64,000 bases of DNA, from the NCBI GenBank assembly GCA_951406725.2, contig OX597818.1:71672001-71736000 (forward strand). The letters are read 5' to 3'. Of the stretch, positions 1-15,730 are shown piece by piece. The stretch's first letter is position 1; every line of letters begins with the position of its first letter. This DNA is from Octopus vulgaris. Taxonomy: Eukaryota. The translations under genes were made by a program, and so were the position numbers. The notes below the pieces were generated by a model. The model ran no database searches, was not told where the DNA came from, and saw only the letters and a program-made list of their open reading frames with translations.

Positions 1-1339
1 AATAAAATATATTTTATCAAGTACTAAGCATATTTCTAACCTGTTTAACACGACTGAATCCAGAGGTAAACACTAACTTTGCATGTTGTTATATTTAGTG
101 TCAAATTAAATGATCTCTGCATGATGTGCGTGCTGTCCTTTTGTTTTATAATAGACTTAGTAGCGCTTCTTAATGAAACAGTAGGAATATTTGAATGTCA
201 AATGAAACTTTGTAACTTACTTGCTGAAAGATGTTATTAAATGTAGAGGATAAAAGAGACAGCAGTAACATTACTAGTGATTAACAGCATTTCATCTCAC
301 TTTTAGTCAGGTTTCAAAGTTTCTCTAGTCAAAGCGTGACAGACAAGCTTTCAACAGTATTTGTCAAGATGTGAATTTAATCTCTACAGCAATATTAGCT
401 TCCATGACCTTCAATGGCTTTTTTTTTACAGCAGATTAACAAGTCTAATCTTGGTTTAATATTAACCAATATCACTGACATTATAAGCATTCTCCCCACA
501 CCTTAAAATAGTGACTGTACATAATCAGATATATTCTTTGGAAAACTGTTTCATCATTTTAGACCAATGCCAACATCCCTTGCATCCAACATGCTTGTTG
601 TGGAGATTGAAAACCCAAGCTTCAGAAGTTTTGTGTTTATATTATTACACTGTAGGGTGTTAACTTTGAACAGAGATTCCATTTTGATGAGGATGAAGGC
701 TGCAGGAATTAAAGTTGGTATTAGGTGACAGAAAGGAGGGGGCCTGGCAAATCAAAACAATAACTAGACGAACAAATAAACAAATAAAAAAAAAAAAACT
801 TTTGTGGTGGCTCAAAACATTTACAGTTTAAAATGTAAATATATTTCAGGTACGAAAAGATGTTGGGTGAGTAGGTGGATGGATCATTGAATAAACACAT
901 ACACACCCAACTTCATGATCACATACATAAACTCTCTCTCTCTCTCTCTCTGGCTATCCTACTCAGACTTTTGGAGATATATTTAAAAAGTGATTGTAAG
1001 CTATTTCTTCAGATATAATTTAAGATTAAGAGAAAATTCTGTTCATTTCTTATCTGGATTTAGCTTGATAGGATCTGCTTCTTGTTGCAACATGAAGAAA
1101 AGTTTACCCTATATCTGACACAGTTAAGCAGATCTTTCCAGTTGTGGCCATCTTGTCTTTTTATATGAGGTCTGTCCATGGAAAAATTGAAACTTTTAAA
1201 AAAAATGTCCAAATCCAGCTGGAACAGGGTTCTTGTGACAGTAGTGTTGTGTATGGGCAACCTTGACTTTCAGTTTAATCAAAACCACGAAGCCTCAAGT
1301 GTTAAAATGAATGTATGCTTAGTGCATTCGGTGATTTGC

Positions 1340-2570
1340 TGCAAATAGAACAATGAAGGATTTGGTAGAGTAATAAGTTTGTGTGAAATTCTGTTTCAAA
1401 CCAAGAAAAACTGTTATGGAATCTTTTCTGATATTGCAACAGCTCTGTTGAAAGAGTTGTGTGCAATGTCACAAGTAGTGCTTAAATGTCAAATTAGGAA
1501 GAACCTCCAAATCTGAACAATGTTCCACGACAACAGATGATGCTTACATTGAGAAAGTGTGCTGTGAACTGAGAAAATTGAGAAAGTGTGTTGTAAATTG
1601 TGAAAGATCATTGCCCAATTGTCTCTGAAGTTTCTGAAGAAATAAGCAAGTATCAATAAAAATTTATGCAACATGATTCTAAAAGAGAAATTGAAGATGC
1701 ACAAAATTTGTGAAGACCAAATTACTGCCTGGCAGTGACTGATCTTTTGAACGTTGATGTAAATTTTCTAAGAAGTATCATGATAGATGATGGAATGTTG
1801 GTGTATGGTTGTGATATTGAAACAAAAAAGGCAGATAACACTGTGGATCATCATCATCATTTAATGCCTGTTATCTGTGCTGGCATGGATTGTATGGTTT
1901 CACTAGGACTGGCAAGCTGGAAGGTTGTACCAGATTCCAATCTAATTTGGTGTGGTTTCAATGACTAGATGCCCTTTCTAATGCCAACCACTCCGAGAAT
2001 GTAATGGGTGCTTTTATGTGCCACCAGCACAGGTGCTACTTGTGTGACACCAATATCTGTCATGACTGCGATTTTACTTGGCTTGATGTGTCTTCTTAGC
2101 AAGCACGGCATAATGCCAAAGGTCTTGGATAATTATTGCCACAACCATAAAAAAAAGAAAGTACACCAGTTGCTTTAATGTGAAAGCAATGTTGATTGCC
2201 TTTTTTAATTGGAAGGGCAACATTCATTGCAAGTTTGTTTCATATGGTCAAATGATTGATAAAGTATTTTGTTGGATGTCTTGAAATGTGTGGAAAAGGA
2301 TGTGTGAAAGACACCTGAGGATTGAGTTAACAAAGCCTGGATGTTACACCATGACAATACATCTGTTCATGTGTCATTCCTTATCTTTGATTATTCGGAA
2401 GAGAATGAAGTGTCTCTTGCCACACAGCCACTCCATTTGAAAAGAATTAAGCACCATCTGATGCAAACACAACCAAAACAGAAAAAAACCCCCCTAAAAC
2501 TGTTGGAGTGATGGTGTGTCAACAGAGGAAGGTAACAGTCTTGAAGGAAACAAACCTGACTAAATTGTAA
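1340..2570 (+). mobile_element. Degraded mariner-type transposase relic, interrupted by a repeat insertion at about 1848-2130
   Basis: Fragments read ..VCVKFCFK.. (HTH), NFLRSIMIDDGMLVYGCDIETK (ITGDE.WVY.YD.ETK-like), VKAMLIAFF..KG and WMLHHDN; many stops and frameshifts. Confidence 0.75.
1848..2130 (-). repeat. Interspersed repeat with RTE-like 3' tail ending in (ATG)n; related copies at about 3330-3410, 5768-5960 and 7940-8170
   Basis: Shared blocks catcatcatttaatg...tgctggcatgg and gatgccct(t)cctaatgccaaccact recur among these loci. Confidence 0.6.
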
Positions 2571-4844
2571 TTAATGCAATAACAGTTTTTCGTTTTGAAA
2601 AGACTTCATATTCAGCTTACTTCTTGTTTTAAGATTGTACTGTGTGATATGAGAGAATCTGGTCATTATTCCTGGTATGTGAACAACCAGAGAGGTTCTT
2701 TGTTGGTTCAACCAAAGAAAGATGCAATAGAGAGGTAAATTTTTAATGTTTTTGTCAAGAGGGAATGTAGGGCTCATGACCCTTTATTGTACCTCTGAGA
2801 TTTGTAGGAGAGTGCAATCCTCAAACTAGAACACTAGCCCTAATACTTGCAACAGAGTGGATCCTGCAAGACACCCAAGGAACTAGGTGGTGTTATAGTA
2901 AGATTTGAACTCAGAATGCAAAGAGCTGGAACAAGTACTACATAGCATCTTGTCTTACATTATTACAGTTCTACCAATCCACCACCTAGGAACTGTTTTT
3001 TTGTAGCAGCACTAAAAGGATGAGAAGAAAAGCTGATATCAGTGGGATTTGAACTCAGAGCATAGACAGGCAGAACAAATATCATGAAGTATCCTATCTG
3101 ATGTTCTAATGACTCCACAAATTCATTATGTTGTTTGTGTTGAATCAACACCAAAATAGAAGGCCAGAAGACAGAATCATTTTAAACTGCTATGACTGCT
3201 GAATACAAAATATTGCCCCTTGCCTCTTCAAAGCCCCTGCTGGAATCTTTACTAAATGTAATTCAACAATTAACTATACCTTGTTCATAATTCCAAAGGT
3301 GAAGTATAATTTTTGTTTACCATTATTTTAATGTCTACTTCTCCATTCTTGCATGGATGAGACAAAACTTTGTTAAGACAATATTTCCTATGGCTTGATG
3401 CCCTTCTTGACATTCGGGTTTGATCCACCTGCATGATACATTGAGTAAGTAAATGTCTCCTACCACAGACTCAGGCTAACCCAAGCCTTGTGAGTAAAAT
3501 TCAGTCAGACAGACTGCATCTGTGTTTGGATGGTAGACTGAATGTGCCTCTTGGCTTTTCACACCACCTCCTTGTTCCTGTATGTCTTTAGCTGAGTCCA
3601 CTCTTTTGCAAGATAACTATATCTTGATGTGCTGCATCCTCCCCCAGTCTCTCTAGATAAGGCTGTTGTCTTTTCTTCTTTTGACTAAGTCACAAAAAAA
3701 AAAGAAAAGAAAAGATATAACTATAATTAAAACCAACAAATCTACAACCTGTTTGGAATTGCTCAAAACCTTTTTACTCTACAGCATGAATATCACAACA
3801 TTCCATCTCCATTCCTTTATTGTTGATCTGCCAAGCCTTCGTACTTATGTAATAATCAACTCTCTGAAAGGAGTGGGTGTGTCATAAAATAAGTACCAGT
3901 ATGACACTAGGGAAGGGAGAAAAAAAAAACATTTTATTTCTTGAGTGTTACCTGCTATATGACAGGTAACTTTGCATGTATAAATTTGCCATCATGGGAA
4001 ACATAAGAAACTATGGTATACATGCAATAATTATAATTTAACTTTTATCAAATTTCCAGGTGCATATACAAGACTATGAAATAAAAACTAATTTTTGAAA
4101 GAAAGATATTTATTACCTTAGAATAAAATTAAAATAAATTTCTCATTTGTATACTTGCAATAAATATACAGTATTATTTTTCTAAATTTTATAAACATAA
4201 TTGCAATGTACTCCAAGAACCTATCTCTGCAAATTTTCATAAAAAAAAAATATTTTTCAGAAAAGCATCATTGCCTGCCACCAAGTCTCATATGTGCATT
4301 CACCCTGCACCTCTTATGCTAATTCTGTATTTCTTTTTTTACTCTCTCCACTGGAGCAATCAACCAACTAACATCTATTACTATTATATTAATAGATCAT
4401 GACATAATGATCTTGAGACTCATTCTTAACACATTCTTAGTAACATTCATGAATTCCTTCTCCAGAACCTCCAAAACTGCAGCTCAGGCACAGTAAACCA
4501 TTTTAACCTGACATATCAAAACGTTAATTTCTTTAATAATCTTGGCACTTGGGTGAAATGTGTATATGTATTTTAGTTTTAGGTAAATGTTTATAGATAA
4601 ACCTTTTATAACATGGTACTGCAGGGAAACTTTTTCTTTCAAAGACCATGGTGTGCAACTATAGAACCCATGTTTGGTCACAGGCATGTCATTACTGCTG
4701 TTGGGACCAGGTTTGTGAAATTTTGTTTTGTACACATCAGTTACTAGACATATTGATTTGTACATGTATGTGTATACATACCATGTAGAGACTCCTTCAG
4801 ATTAATTTGTGTTGAAGAGATATTCTTGAATTTTATAATTCCAG

Positions 4845-5620
4845 ATGTGGAAGCAAAACCTAGAGTTGATAGACCTCCAAGTAAACTTAAAGACTAAAGT
4901 ATTAAGTAAGACACAACTCTGTAACAGTCAGGGAAATGGCTTTGCTCTCTGTGCAGAGAGGGAGCAGACAAAAACTCCATTCAGTGTACTCTGTGTAAAC
5001 TATGGATATAGTGGAAATAGAGGCAGCTGATTAGGGAGGGTAAACTTTACATGTGGCAGATGTTTAGAGGCAATAAATACAAGAAACACATGTCAAAAAG
5101 ATTCTCTCAAATGCTTTGATGTTTCCCTAAAAGTAGCTAATAACTTCTGTTATCTAGGGGACCTAATTATCAGTGAGCATAAGAATAGACTGGAAGAAGT
5201 TCAGACAACTATTACCTCTATAGCTAAAAAAGAAAATAAAAGATTTCCCTTTCAGTGTGAAGAGGTGGCTGTATGATGCCTCTATATGAAGTGCAATGAT
5301 GCATGGTAGTGGGACATAGGGTAGAGAGAAATGGAACCAACATGTTTTGCTGGATAACACAAGTCTGCATGAATGATGGAATATAAGCTGTGCATAAGAG
5401 GAATTAAATGTTGTGTGCCAGAGAGAAAAGACAGTGCTGATACAGGCATGTAATGCATATGTATGACAGCTATAGGAAGAGATGCAGGAGCTAAAGTGAA
5501 TAGAACCTGAGGAAGAAGAAGAACCAAGAAAACATGGGATGAAATGGTGAAAACTGATCTCAAGATATTGGACCTCAGGGAAGAAATGACAGGAAATCAT
5601 GATGATTGGTGACATGCAAT
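4845..5620 (+). mobile_element. Highly degraded RTE-clade LINE fragment (post-RT region)
   Basis: WKQNLE..DLQVNLKTKVL (RT end motif), followed by Cys-containing, FCYLG-like and KRWLYDA-like remnants; no intact frame. Confidence 0.6.
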
Positions 5621-6837
5621 GCTAGAAACAAATATTGAAATGTTGGGAGTGATAGAAGCTGGGTGTTCTAATATAAATTTATATTTGGACTTCTTGCCCA
5701 ATAAACCCCAATTGAAACCATATCTGCTGCCTACCCTCCCTCTTGATATTCACTGTATCATGCTGTCATCATTATTAACATTTAATGTGTTTTCCATACT
5801 GACATGGGTTGGGTGGTTTGACAGGAACTTGCAAGGCCAGAGGAGGCAACAAGTTCCATAGTTTGTTTTGGTTTGGTTTCTATGGCTGAGTGCCTTTCTA
5901 TTGCCAACCACTTTACAAAGTGTACTAGGTGCTTTTTACATGGCACCAATACATTTTATGTGGAACCTTGGTTTTTGGCTGTAAGGACATGCCTGACACT
6001 ACATCTCTTCTCATTGTCCCATACCACTTGTATAACAAGGAATGGCACTGAACATACCTGTACTCATCCCCACTCCCACTATTAGTGCATCCAGCTGTTG
6101 CCCTTCTCTACTAACAGCCAACATTCTTTTTCTGTCTCTCTCTACTTTCCCACTCCTTACCCATAATGTTGTCTCTACCATCATACTCTTGTTCCTTTTA
6201 CCCCAAACCATCCTGCCTCTCTTTTGTCATCACCAGCTACCACTAAACCTCTTCAAAAAAAACTGAAGATAACCAAAATGTGGTTCCAGTGCTATCAGAA
6301 TTAAAGGAATTACATAACATTTCTGTAATTCTTCAGAGTTGCAAGTGTTGCATAAACAATTTCTTTACAACTGATAACCAGAAGGGTTTTTATAATTTGA
6401 TAAAGAAAAACATTTAAAAAATTAAAATAACATTAATAAATTAGTAATAAGGAAAATATTATTGATGTCATTTATAGAATGCGAGGGTGTGGACTACTGT
6501 AAATGACAAGGAAACGTATTTTACTGGGATATAGACTAAAATGAAGATAAGATACATATAAGGAAATATAGGTTCCTAATATATTATATTTCTTTATAGG
6601 TGCAGGCATGGCTATGATTAAGAAGCTTGCTTTGCAACCATATAGTTTCAGGTTCAGTCCCACAGAGCAGCACACCTTGGGTAAGTCTCTTCTATTATAA
6701 CCCCAAGCTGACCAATGCCTTGTCAATGAATTTGATAGATGAATGTGTGTGTCTTTAAGCCAGAGATTTGATAGCTGGGTGTGTGTCTTTGAATCAACAA
6801 TTAACTCCTGTACCCAAAATTTTAGGCTTTATGCCTG

Positions 6838-7050
6838 TAGCAGAATCGTTAGCACACCAGACAAAATTACTTAGAAGTATTTCTTCTGGTTTTACATTCT
6901 GAGTTCAAATTCTGCAGTGGTCAATTTTTCCTTTCATCTTTTTGAGGTTGATAAAATAAGCATCAGTTGAACACTAAGGCCAAGGTATTTGACTTAGCCC
7001 CCACCTGCCAAAATTTCAGACCTTATGCTTGTAGCAGAAAAAAGAATATC
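6838..7050 (+). mobile_element. SINE family B copy (CpG-decayed)
   Basis: gcagaatcgttagc...ctgagttcaaattc (B box)...ctttcatc..gataaaataag; homologous to 57160-57370. Confidence 0.7.
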
Positions 7051-7290
7051 ATTATCATTGCAGTTCTCTCCAGTTTTGATGATCTGAGGTATCCATGTCA
7101 TGTCTCAGCTCCTTCCAACAATTTAGAGATGCAGTCTTTTCATCAACACATGCACTGTTCTGAGTATGTCCACCAACTATGTACTTTCAATGATGTATGG
7201 CAATTCCAGCTTCTCATGCAAGGTCATGTGTTCTTTGAGATGGTTCTGAGTACACTAATCACAATGGGTATCATAATCACCTTTGCGGTT
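7045..7290 (-). mobile_element. Possible degraded 3' end of a Dong/R4-like element
   Basis: Minus strand reads VIMIPIVISVLRTISKN, resembling the VIPIVIGALG..SK C-terminal motif seen at 41030 and 44510; ends near gcaatgataata. Confidence 0.35.
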
Positions 7291-9349
7291 GTAGGAAGGG
7301 AATCATTATTAAGAATGATGAAGTGTTGAATGAGGAGGTTATGAGGGTGATGGGTGTTTCAGGACTGTTTAACTCTAGGTCAACATTGGTTGGTAAGTTA
7401 TTGAGCAAGTGAAATTGCTGAGCAGGTGATGGACAGTGGGTGGAGTGTGGAGTTAGTGGGTACTTTTTACTTTCTTGAACATTGTAAGTGCAGGCATGGG
7501 AGTTTGGTTTAAGAACCTTGCTTCTCAGCCATGTGATTTTAGGTTCAGTCCCATTGTGCAGTACCTTGGCAATTGTCTTCTACATTAGCCCCAGGATAAC
7601 CAATGCCTTGTGAATGAATTTGGTACATAGAAACCTGTAGAAAGCTTGTCATAAATGTATGTGGGTGTGGATGGTATTCTCTCTTATTTTCTCTGATAGC
7701 AAATTGTCCAGTGGCACTGTTTTCAAAGGCAAATGGAATGAAAAACCCCTTACTTAAAATAAGGGCAAATGATATGGGCATCATGCTGTAGAAACAATGC
7801 CTCAGCAATATGTATTCATCTAACTCATGCCAGCATAGAAAAACAGATGTAAAACAAACTGAATAATTTCAAGTAAGAATGAAAATTCTAGCTGCTGTAA
7901 CATTTGCTCATTATTGGTGCAGTTATAATGGCTGATCATCATCACCATTATCATCAACACTTTCATCATGTAATGTCACTGTTCTGTGTTGATATGGGTT
8001 GGACGGTTTGACAGGACTCAATGTGTCTGAAGACTGCATCGTGTGGCAATGTCTGCTTTGACATAGCTTCTATGGCTAGATTCCCTTCCTAACACCGACC
8101 ACTTAACTGATATACCGAGTGCTTGCTTTTTTCATGGCACCAGCACTAGTGAGGTCATCATGCAGCCTGCAAGATTTAACTCCCCTTCAACTGAGAGACA
8201 AGAGGGACAGAAAAGAATAGATTTCTTACTGTAGTGGAACTTAATAAAGGCTACTGGGAATGGTCAGGATGGAAACAAAAAGAGATAAAATAGTGGTGAT
8301 GCAGTGTGAAGGTAGATTCACAAGCTACAATCTTTGGTTTGGTACCTTAGCAATCCAAGTTAATTCAAATATTGTTGGAATTTAGTCAAAGAAATACAAT
8401 AACATGGCATAGATAGATTGAAATGTCAATAAAATTGAATCTTAACAGAATTGACAGAAAATTATTGTAGAGGTTAGCAGAAGGTGTTGACGGGGGGGGG
8501 TTAAATAAGTATGTTCACACCTTAGTTTCAGTATTCCAGAGCCCTACAGAAATTATTTCTTTGGTACTATTCATTCCCACTGTATTTTACACCCTACACT
8601 GCTAATGCTTGAAATGGAATGAAACAGATTTGGTGGAGTTTGAATACAGTCATGTGAGGTGAGAAAGAAGGGAATGAAGATATTAGTGAATAAATAACAT
8701 ATTCAGAGTTAGACATCACAGAATGGAATAATTATGTTTACTTAAGGATAAACAACTTCTTACTTAGATTAAAGGATGTTAAAGGAAAATAGAATTGTTT
8801 CCACCATACTTGAGACGACCTTCACTTCTAAAGGATACAACTTTCAAAATGTCTTTATCCAATTTAAGACCTTTGCTAATAATTTTATGAAAGAATCTTC
8901 TGTAAATTTATATTCCAATCACATCAAGAAAGCTAATTATTTTAGGAAATCCCTCCAAATTCTTTATCATTTTCAAAATAAATTGACACACAATGTAAAA
9001 TGCATACCTGTTGTCCAATTACATCCTCCTTGTATATGAGTCACCTGTGCCAATATTAAAAGAGGTTTCGCATTTGGAAGAAAAATCTTTATGAGGAATA
9101 TACAAGAGGTTGCTCAACCTATTGGAAACAAGAAACAAATTTCCCTCAAATCACACAATATTGCTTTTGTAATACACATGGATCAGTAGGTTAGAGAATG
9201 CAGTTTTGGTTCCACTATTTCCAGGAAAAAAGACAGCATAGTCATAGTGTCTTTAACCCTAGTCTGCTTGGACAGGGCTAAACAACATCATTATGATGTT
9301 TTGCTCGATAAAATTAATTCATATATATATATATATATATATATATCGC

Positions 9350-9795
9350 CATATGTATGTGTGTTTTAGCTATCATTCACAAGCCAGTATGACCGGATAG
9401 TTCACCCTCGACCCAGTGGAACATATCGAGAATGAGACAACTGCAGGTATATGCCTGTCGTTAAAAGGGTGCACTGCACGACACTGATCCCTTACCATTC
9501 AATGGTGCACCCTCAGATTTACAGTGATACACTTACCTCGAAACTCCACTTTAGCATTATTATAAATTAGTGTCCACCCAGAATATTCTGAAGCACCCCC
9601 AGGCACGGAAGTCTAGCGACGGGCCTGAGCGGGTGGAGGCTGCGCCAGCACTAGGCTTGCACTCCTTTCAGCAGAGTAGAATAACGTGAAATGGCGCGCC
9701 TTACTCAAGGATACAATGCACCGCCCAGTCCATGAATCGAACTGATAACCTTACGATCGCGATGCCAACACCTTAACCACTAGGCCACGCGCCCA
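9350..9795 (-). mobile_element. tRNA-derived SINE (family C) in the SIK intron
   Basis: Minus-strand head gggcgcgTGGCCTAGTGGttaagg...caGTTCGATTCatgg (A and B boxes), followed by a body containing aaggc..atttcacgtt shared with 32630-32880. Confidence 0.7.
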
Positions 9796-12402
9796 ATTAA
9801 GTGTACATAAACCAGTGTATTTACACCCTCGTAAATGCATACAAAAGTAAGTCTATACAATACATGTATTTTTATGACCTACCCGTCTTCAGATATAGTG
9901 CTTGTCCAACGTGTCCTTCCTTTTTCTTTAAACGATAAGAATATTATTTGAGGGATATTTAGTTATTTCATAACAGGTCATGTGACTATATACCGGTTTC
10001 CCGCGATTAAAGAGGTAAACGACTTACTTGTGTCTCGTTATATATTTTACTTTAGGCACATATAATGCACTTTATACATGCATGTAACTCGCGTGTGTAT
10101 ATACATAAGATGAAATGTGTGTGTAAATAACATTATATATGGATACAACCCTCCCTTAGCCCGATACTAATAGGCCCACTCTCACATCAATGGACACAAA
10201 CTAGGAATTAACTGTCCTTCATGAGTGTGTTTGCTGTGTGTATGTTACACACACAGTAAACATACATACAAGCATATAAAACTAGATGCATACAACACAT
10301 GCATGCATGTATCTACGTTATGTATTCTGATTATCTGAAATTACGCCAGACACAATGAAGACCTAACACACAGCTGGTAGTATTAACTGATACGTTAACA
10401 TTTTAACATGCAATTTCTAAACTAGTTGCGTGAGGAAACACCCACGCAACAGAAAAATCATTGTTATTATTATCATTGACGTTATCAAATTGATTGTTAT
10501 GGTAGCTCAATGTTGATTTAATTGAAGAAGCCGGTTAGTTATCAGTCTGATAACATCAATAAAGGTTATCGAGTACATATTTAGCCGGCCACAGATAAAC
10601 ACAATAAGAAGTACATCCATTTACAGACACATTTATGTAATAATTATATACACAAAGTTCTTATATGGTCGCATAACCAGCTAGAAATAACAGCCAAATC
10701 TTATTCAAGGATTACACTGGATAATTGTAGTTCTCGTCATACTATGTTTAATGAAAAGCGGGATGATAATCTTTGGAACGGCCTGCTTGATCAGGACCGG
10801 CTATACCTTAAAGGATAAAAAAAAAACCCGGATCGAAAGATATCTTCTAAGTGGTCTCTACATTTGCTAGAAAGCGCAGCCACATGTACTCAAAACCGCG
10901 AGTCTGCTGTTTAAGAAAAGGTCAGTGGATAATGTGTTTATGGGTGCACAGTGCTCGAGGATAGGACGGGATACGTTGAATCGCCTATTAATCTAACAAT
11001 ATATATCAATGTATCCTTAGGATTTGTGTATATACTCATATATTTACACACGCACGCATTTTTATTGTATATAGCTCATATATATCTCATACGTTCACAG
11101 CAGACAGAAGGTAATGGCATGAAGATTACTGGAAACAGGAACAATATTTGACTGATCCACATACATGTTTTACCGGTGAGTGTATTCAGGTTTTCGTAGC
11201 CCGCACTACAAGGCTATGTTGTAGCATCGTCTTCAAAGTTGTATGTTCTATACACATACGTGTGTGTGTGCGTGTGTATAAATGCATATACCCCCTCCCC
11301 ACATATCTGTAGGCGGATACGGTGATTATATACCATGGCTTTCCTTAATGGGAAATACAGAAATATGTGTACGTACGTAATGTATGTACAACGTACAACG
11401 GTGAAGGCGGTGCTCCGACATGGCCTTGTACACATTGATCACCGGTAAAATATCGATTCATGGATCACATGTAGGTAAAAGGTTCGAAAACTCCACCGAA
11501 TACCAACTTGGATCTGCATTATTGTTACCTTTGGAAGTAATCTGACGAATTGGGTTCGTATCACTGTTAGGACTGCTGTTGGGAAACCTCGATCCCCTTG
11601 TTTATCAAGAAAAACGACAAGTGATCACATGGTTAATCCGAGAAGCGATTGTATCATCGATAATCTTGTTTTAAAAAATCTCATTTACCTTCCTCATCTT
11701 TTAAGGACCGACATGAAATAAAAGAATGAGATTGTATGTATGTGTGTATATACAAGCTATCACTATTATGTGTTATTAAAATGATACATACAAGTGTGTA
11801 TACAGGTAAATTAATGTTTGAAATTAAATATTAGATATAGGGGTACATATGTATACAATACATAGGATACCTTGAATGAAATAGTATTGAAAGTTCCAGT
11901 ATTGACTTGGCTTTCTCTGATGGCCAAAGTAAACCTAAAGAACTAAAATATAATTTAAGGTTGCATTAATTGATAAAAAAATAAAAACGTTGAGCAGAAT
12001 CATATTCTTGATGGGTTGAATTAAAATTGTTTGACGCTGGAAACAATCCAGCATTCACGTGAAAACATTTTTTGTCTTTAACAAACATTCTCTCGGTAAA
12101 TTTATTTTCAAGAGAAAGAATTTGCTTAATAATATTTCAGAAAGATGGCAAGGAAGAAAAAGACGTGGAATTTATGTTGTTTGGGTGTTATCAATGTTTA
12201 AGGAATATTTATAGAAATAACGGAAATGGAGTTTGGCCAAGATGAAGCTTTCAAGATTTCTGAAACTAAACATAAACCAACAAATAACAATATACAACAC
12301 ACACACACATATATGTATGTACGTGTGTGTATATAAACGTATTTTGGGGTGAATGAAAATATTATCAATAGTTGAAATTAGAAAAGTATGATTATCATGT
12401 GC

Positions 12403-12435
<33 letters not shown>

Positions 12436-12649
12436 CATCCGCACGCACAATCACATAATATATATACACATACAGGAAATGAAACGTGTACACGTCTTCG
12501 CATTTGCTATTTTTTCTTTTAGCCCATGTTAAGTAGGAGGAATTAAAATCAAAACAAAACCAGCAAACAGTAATTCTTCTATGATAAAGTTAAGACCAAG
12601 TCTGCAAAAGTTTAACCAAATATACAGTGTGCGCGCGTGTATGTATGTA

Positions 12650-12688
<39 letters not shown>

Positions 12689-13366
12689 GACACACACACA
12701 ATTAGGAGACAATTAAGAACAGTTACGTCACTTGTTGGCACCAGTCATATCAAATAAACCCCCCAAGACTTAAATATATAACCGACACTACTTTATAGAA
12801 ATATGTTAAAACATATTACAACATTCTAGACATTAGTGTGTCGTCTGTGAATTTACAACAAGCACCTTGATACATAACTACCTTCCACTCTCATGTATAA
12901 AAATTATTATTATAAATAATATCAATGTTTGGTCATAAGATAAGCGTAAAACATAAAATCTGAATAATTGATGTTAAGTCACTTGACGGTTATGGCTTAG
13001 TTGTATAAGAATAGATTTTAAAAACCCCAGACGTAATTGAATACATAATACAAGTGTGTGTATGTCTATTGACACACACATGTATGTGTGTATGTATGTG
13101 TACAAAGTATAAAACATGAGGACAAAAAAAAAAGTCGCCGTAGTAATAATTACACGCAACACTTACGTGTTTATATATATATATAAATGTATGTGTGTGT
13201 GAGTGTACATGCTGCTAGATACTGAAGTTGCTTTTCTTTTAGCGGCTTGTGTCTGTCTGTGTGTATGTATGTATGTATGTATATATATATATATATATAT
13301 TGAAAGTGAGATAGCTTCATTGTATACGCAGTAGAAGTTGATTTGTATGTGGAATATGTAAGTTTA

Positions 13367-14330
<964 letters not shown>

Positions 14331-14430
14331 TCACTTTTAATGTACTTGAGAGTTCTGACTAGTTTGGCCACATCGCTCACATTTACCCAAAGTAATTGTA
14401 TTCACATCGTTAATATAAACACAGTGTGTG

Positions 14431-14720
<290 letters not shown>

Positions 14721-15103
14721 CACTATATGTGTGTGTGTGTCTGTATGCACATGTATGTATCTGTGTGTATGTATGACGTATCTGCGTGTGTGAGAGAAAG
14801 AAACTGAGAGAGAGAGAGACTCTTTAATCACATCATTCATAAACAGCGTAGATACGTAATCATACATCACGGATATAAACAACACATATACAATCATATA
14901 TCGCTTATATGAACACAATGTGTGTGTGTGTAAATTAATTTGTATCCAATTTTTCTAACACGATAATATATATATATATATAGTCATACCTCATGTATAC
15001 ACAGTGTATATATGCAGTTATACATAACTGATATAAACACGTTCATATGTAATCATACATCGATTAATATAAACACATTGTACGTATTACCGATATATGG
15101 TTT

Positions 15104-15205
<102 letters not shown>

Positions 15206-15527
15206 CATCTATCTTACTAGAGGGGAAGAGAGAGATAGATGAAGAAAGAGACAGAGTGGGGAGACAAACAATTATATATTGCTAATATAAACATAGTGTA
15301 TAGTTGTAATGATACATCACTGTTATAAACACTTATTCATGTAATCATGCATACATCGCTGATATAAATAGCATATGTAATCTCGCTTTTAACATACTCG
15401 GAGTTTAGACTAACTTCAGCCATAACGTTGTATTATACACAATATGTGTAACCACACATGACTACGGGTTTTGGTGAAGCTCATGACCCGCACGTATACA
15501 TACATGATATATACAGCCATATACCAC

Positions 15528-15567
<40 letters not shown>

Positions 15568-15581
15568 ACTCACACACACAA

Positions 15582-15612
<31 letters not shown>

Positions 15613-15642
15613 CATACACTCACACACACACAACACACACAA

Positions 15643-15727
<85 letters not shown>

Positions 15728-15730
<3 letters not shown>

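Noticed and set aside
9720-9795. tRNA-like sequence with A/B boxes (also 27316, 37608 and 57160)
   Set aside because: No complete cloverleaf, and each continues into repeat bodies; these are SINE heads, not tRNA genes.
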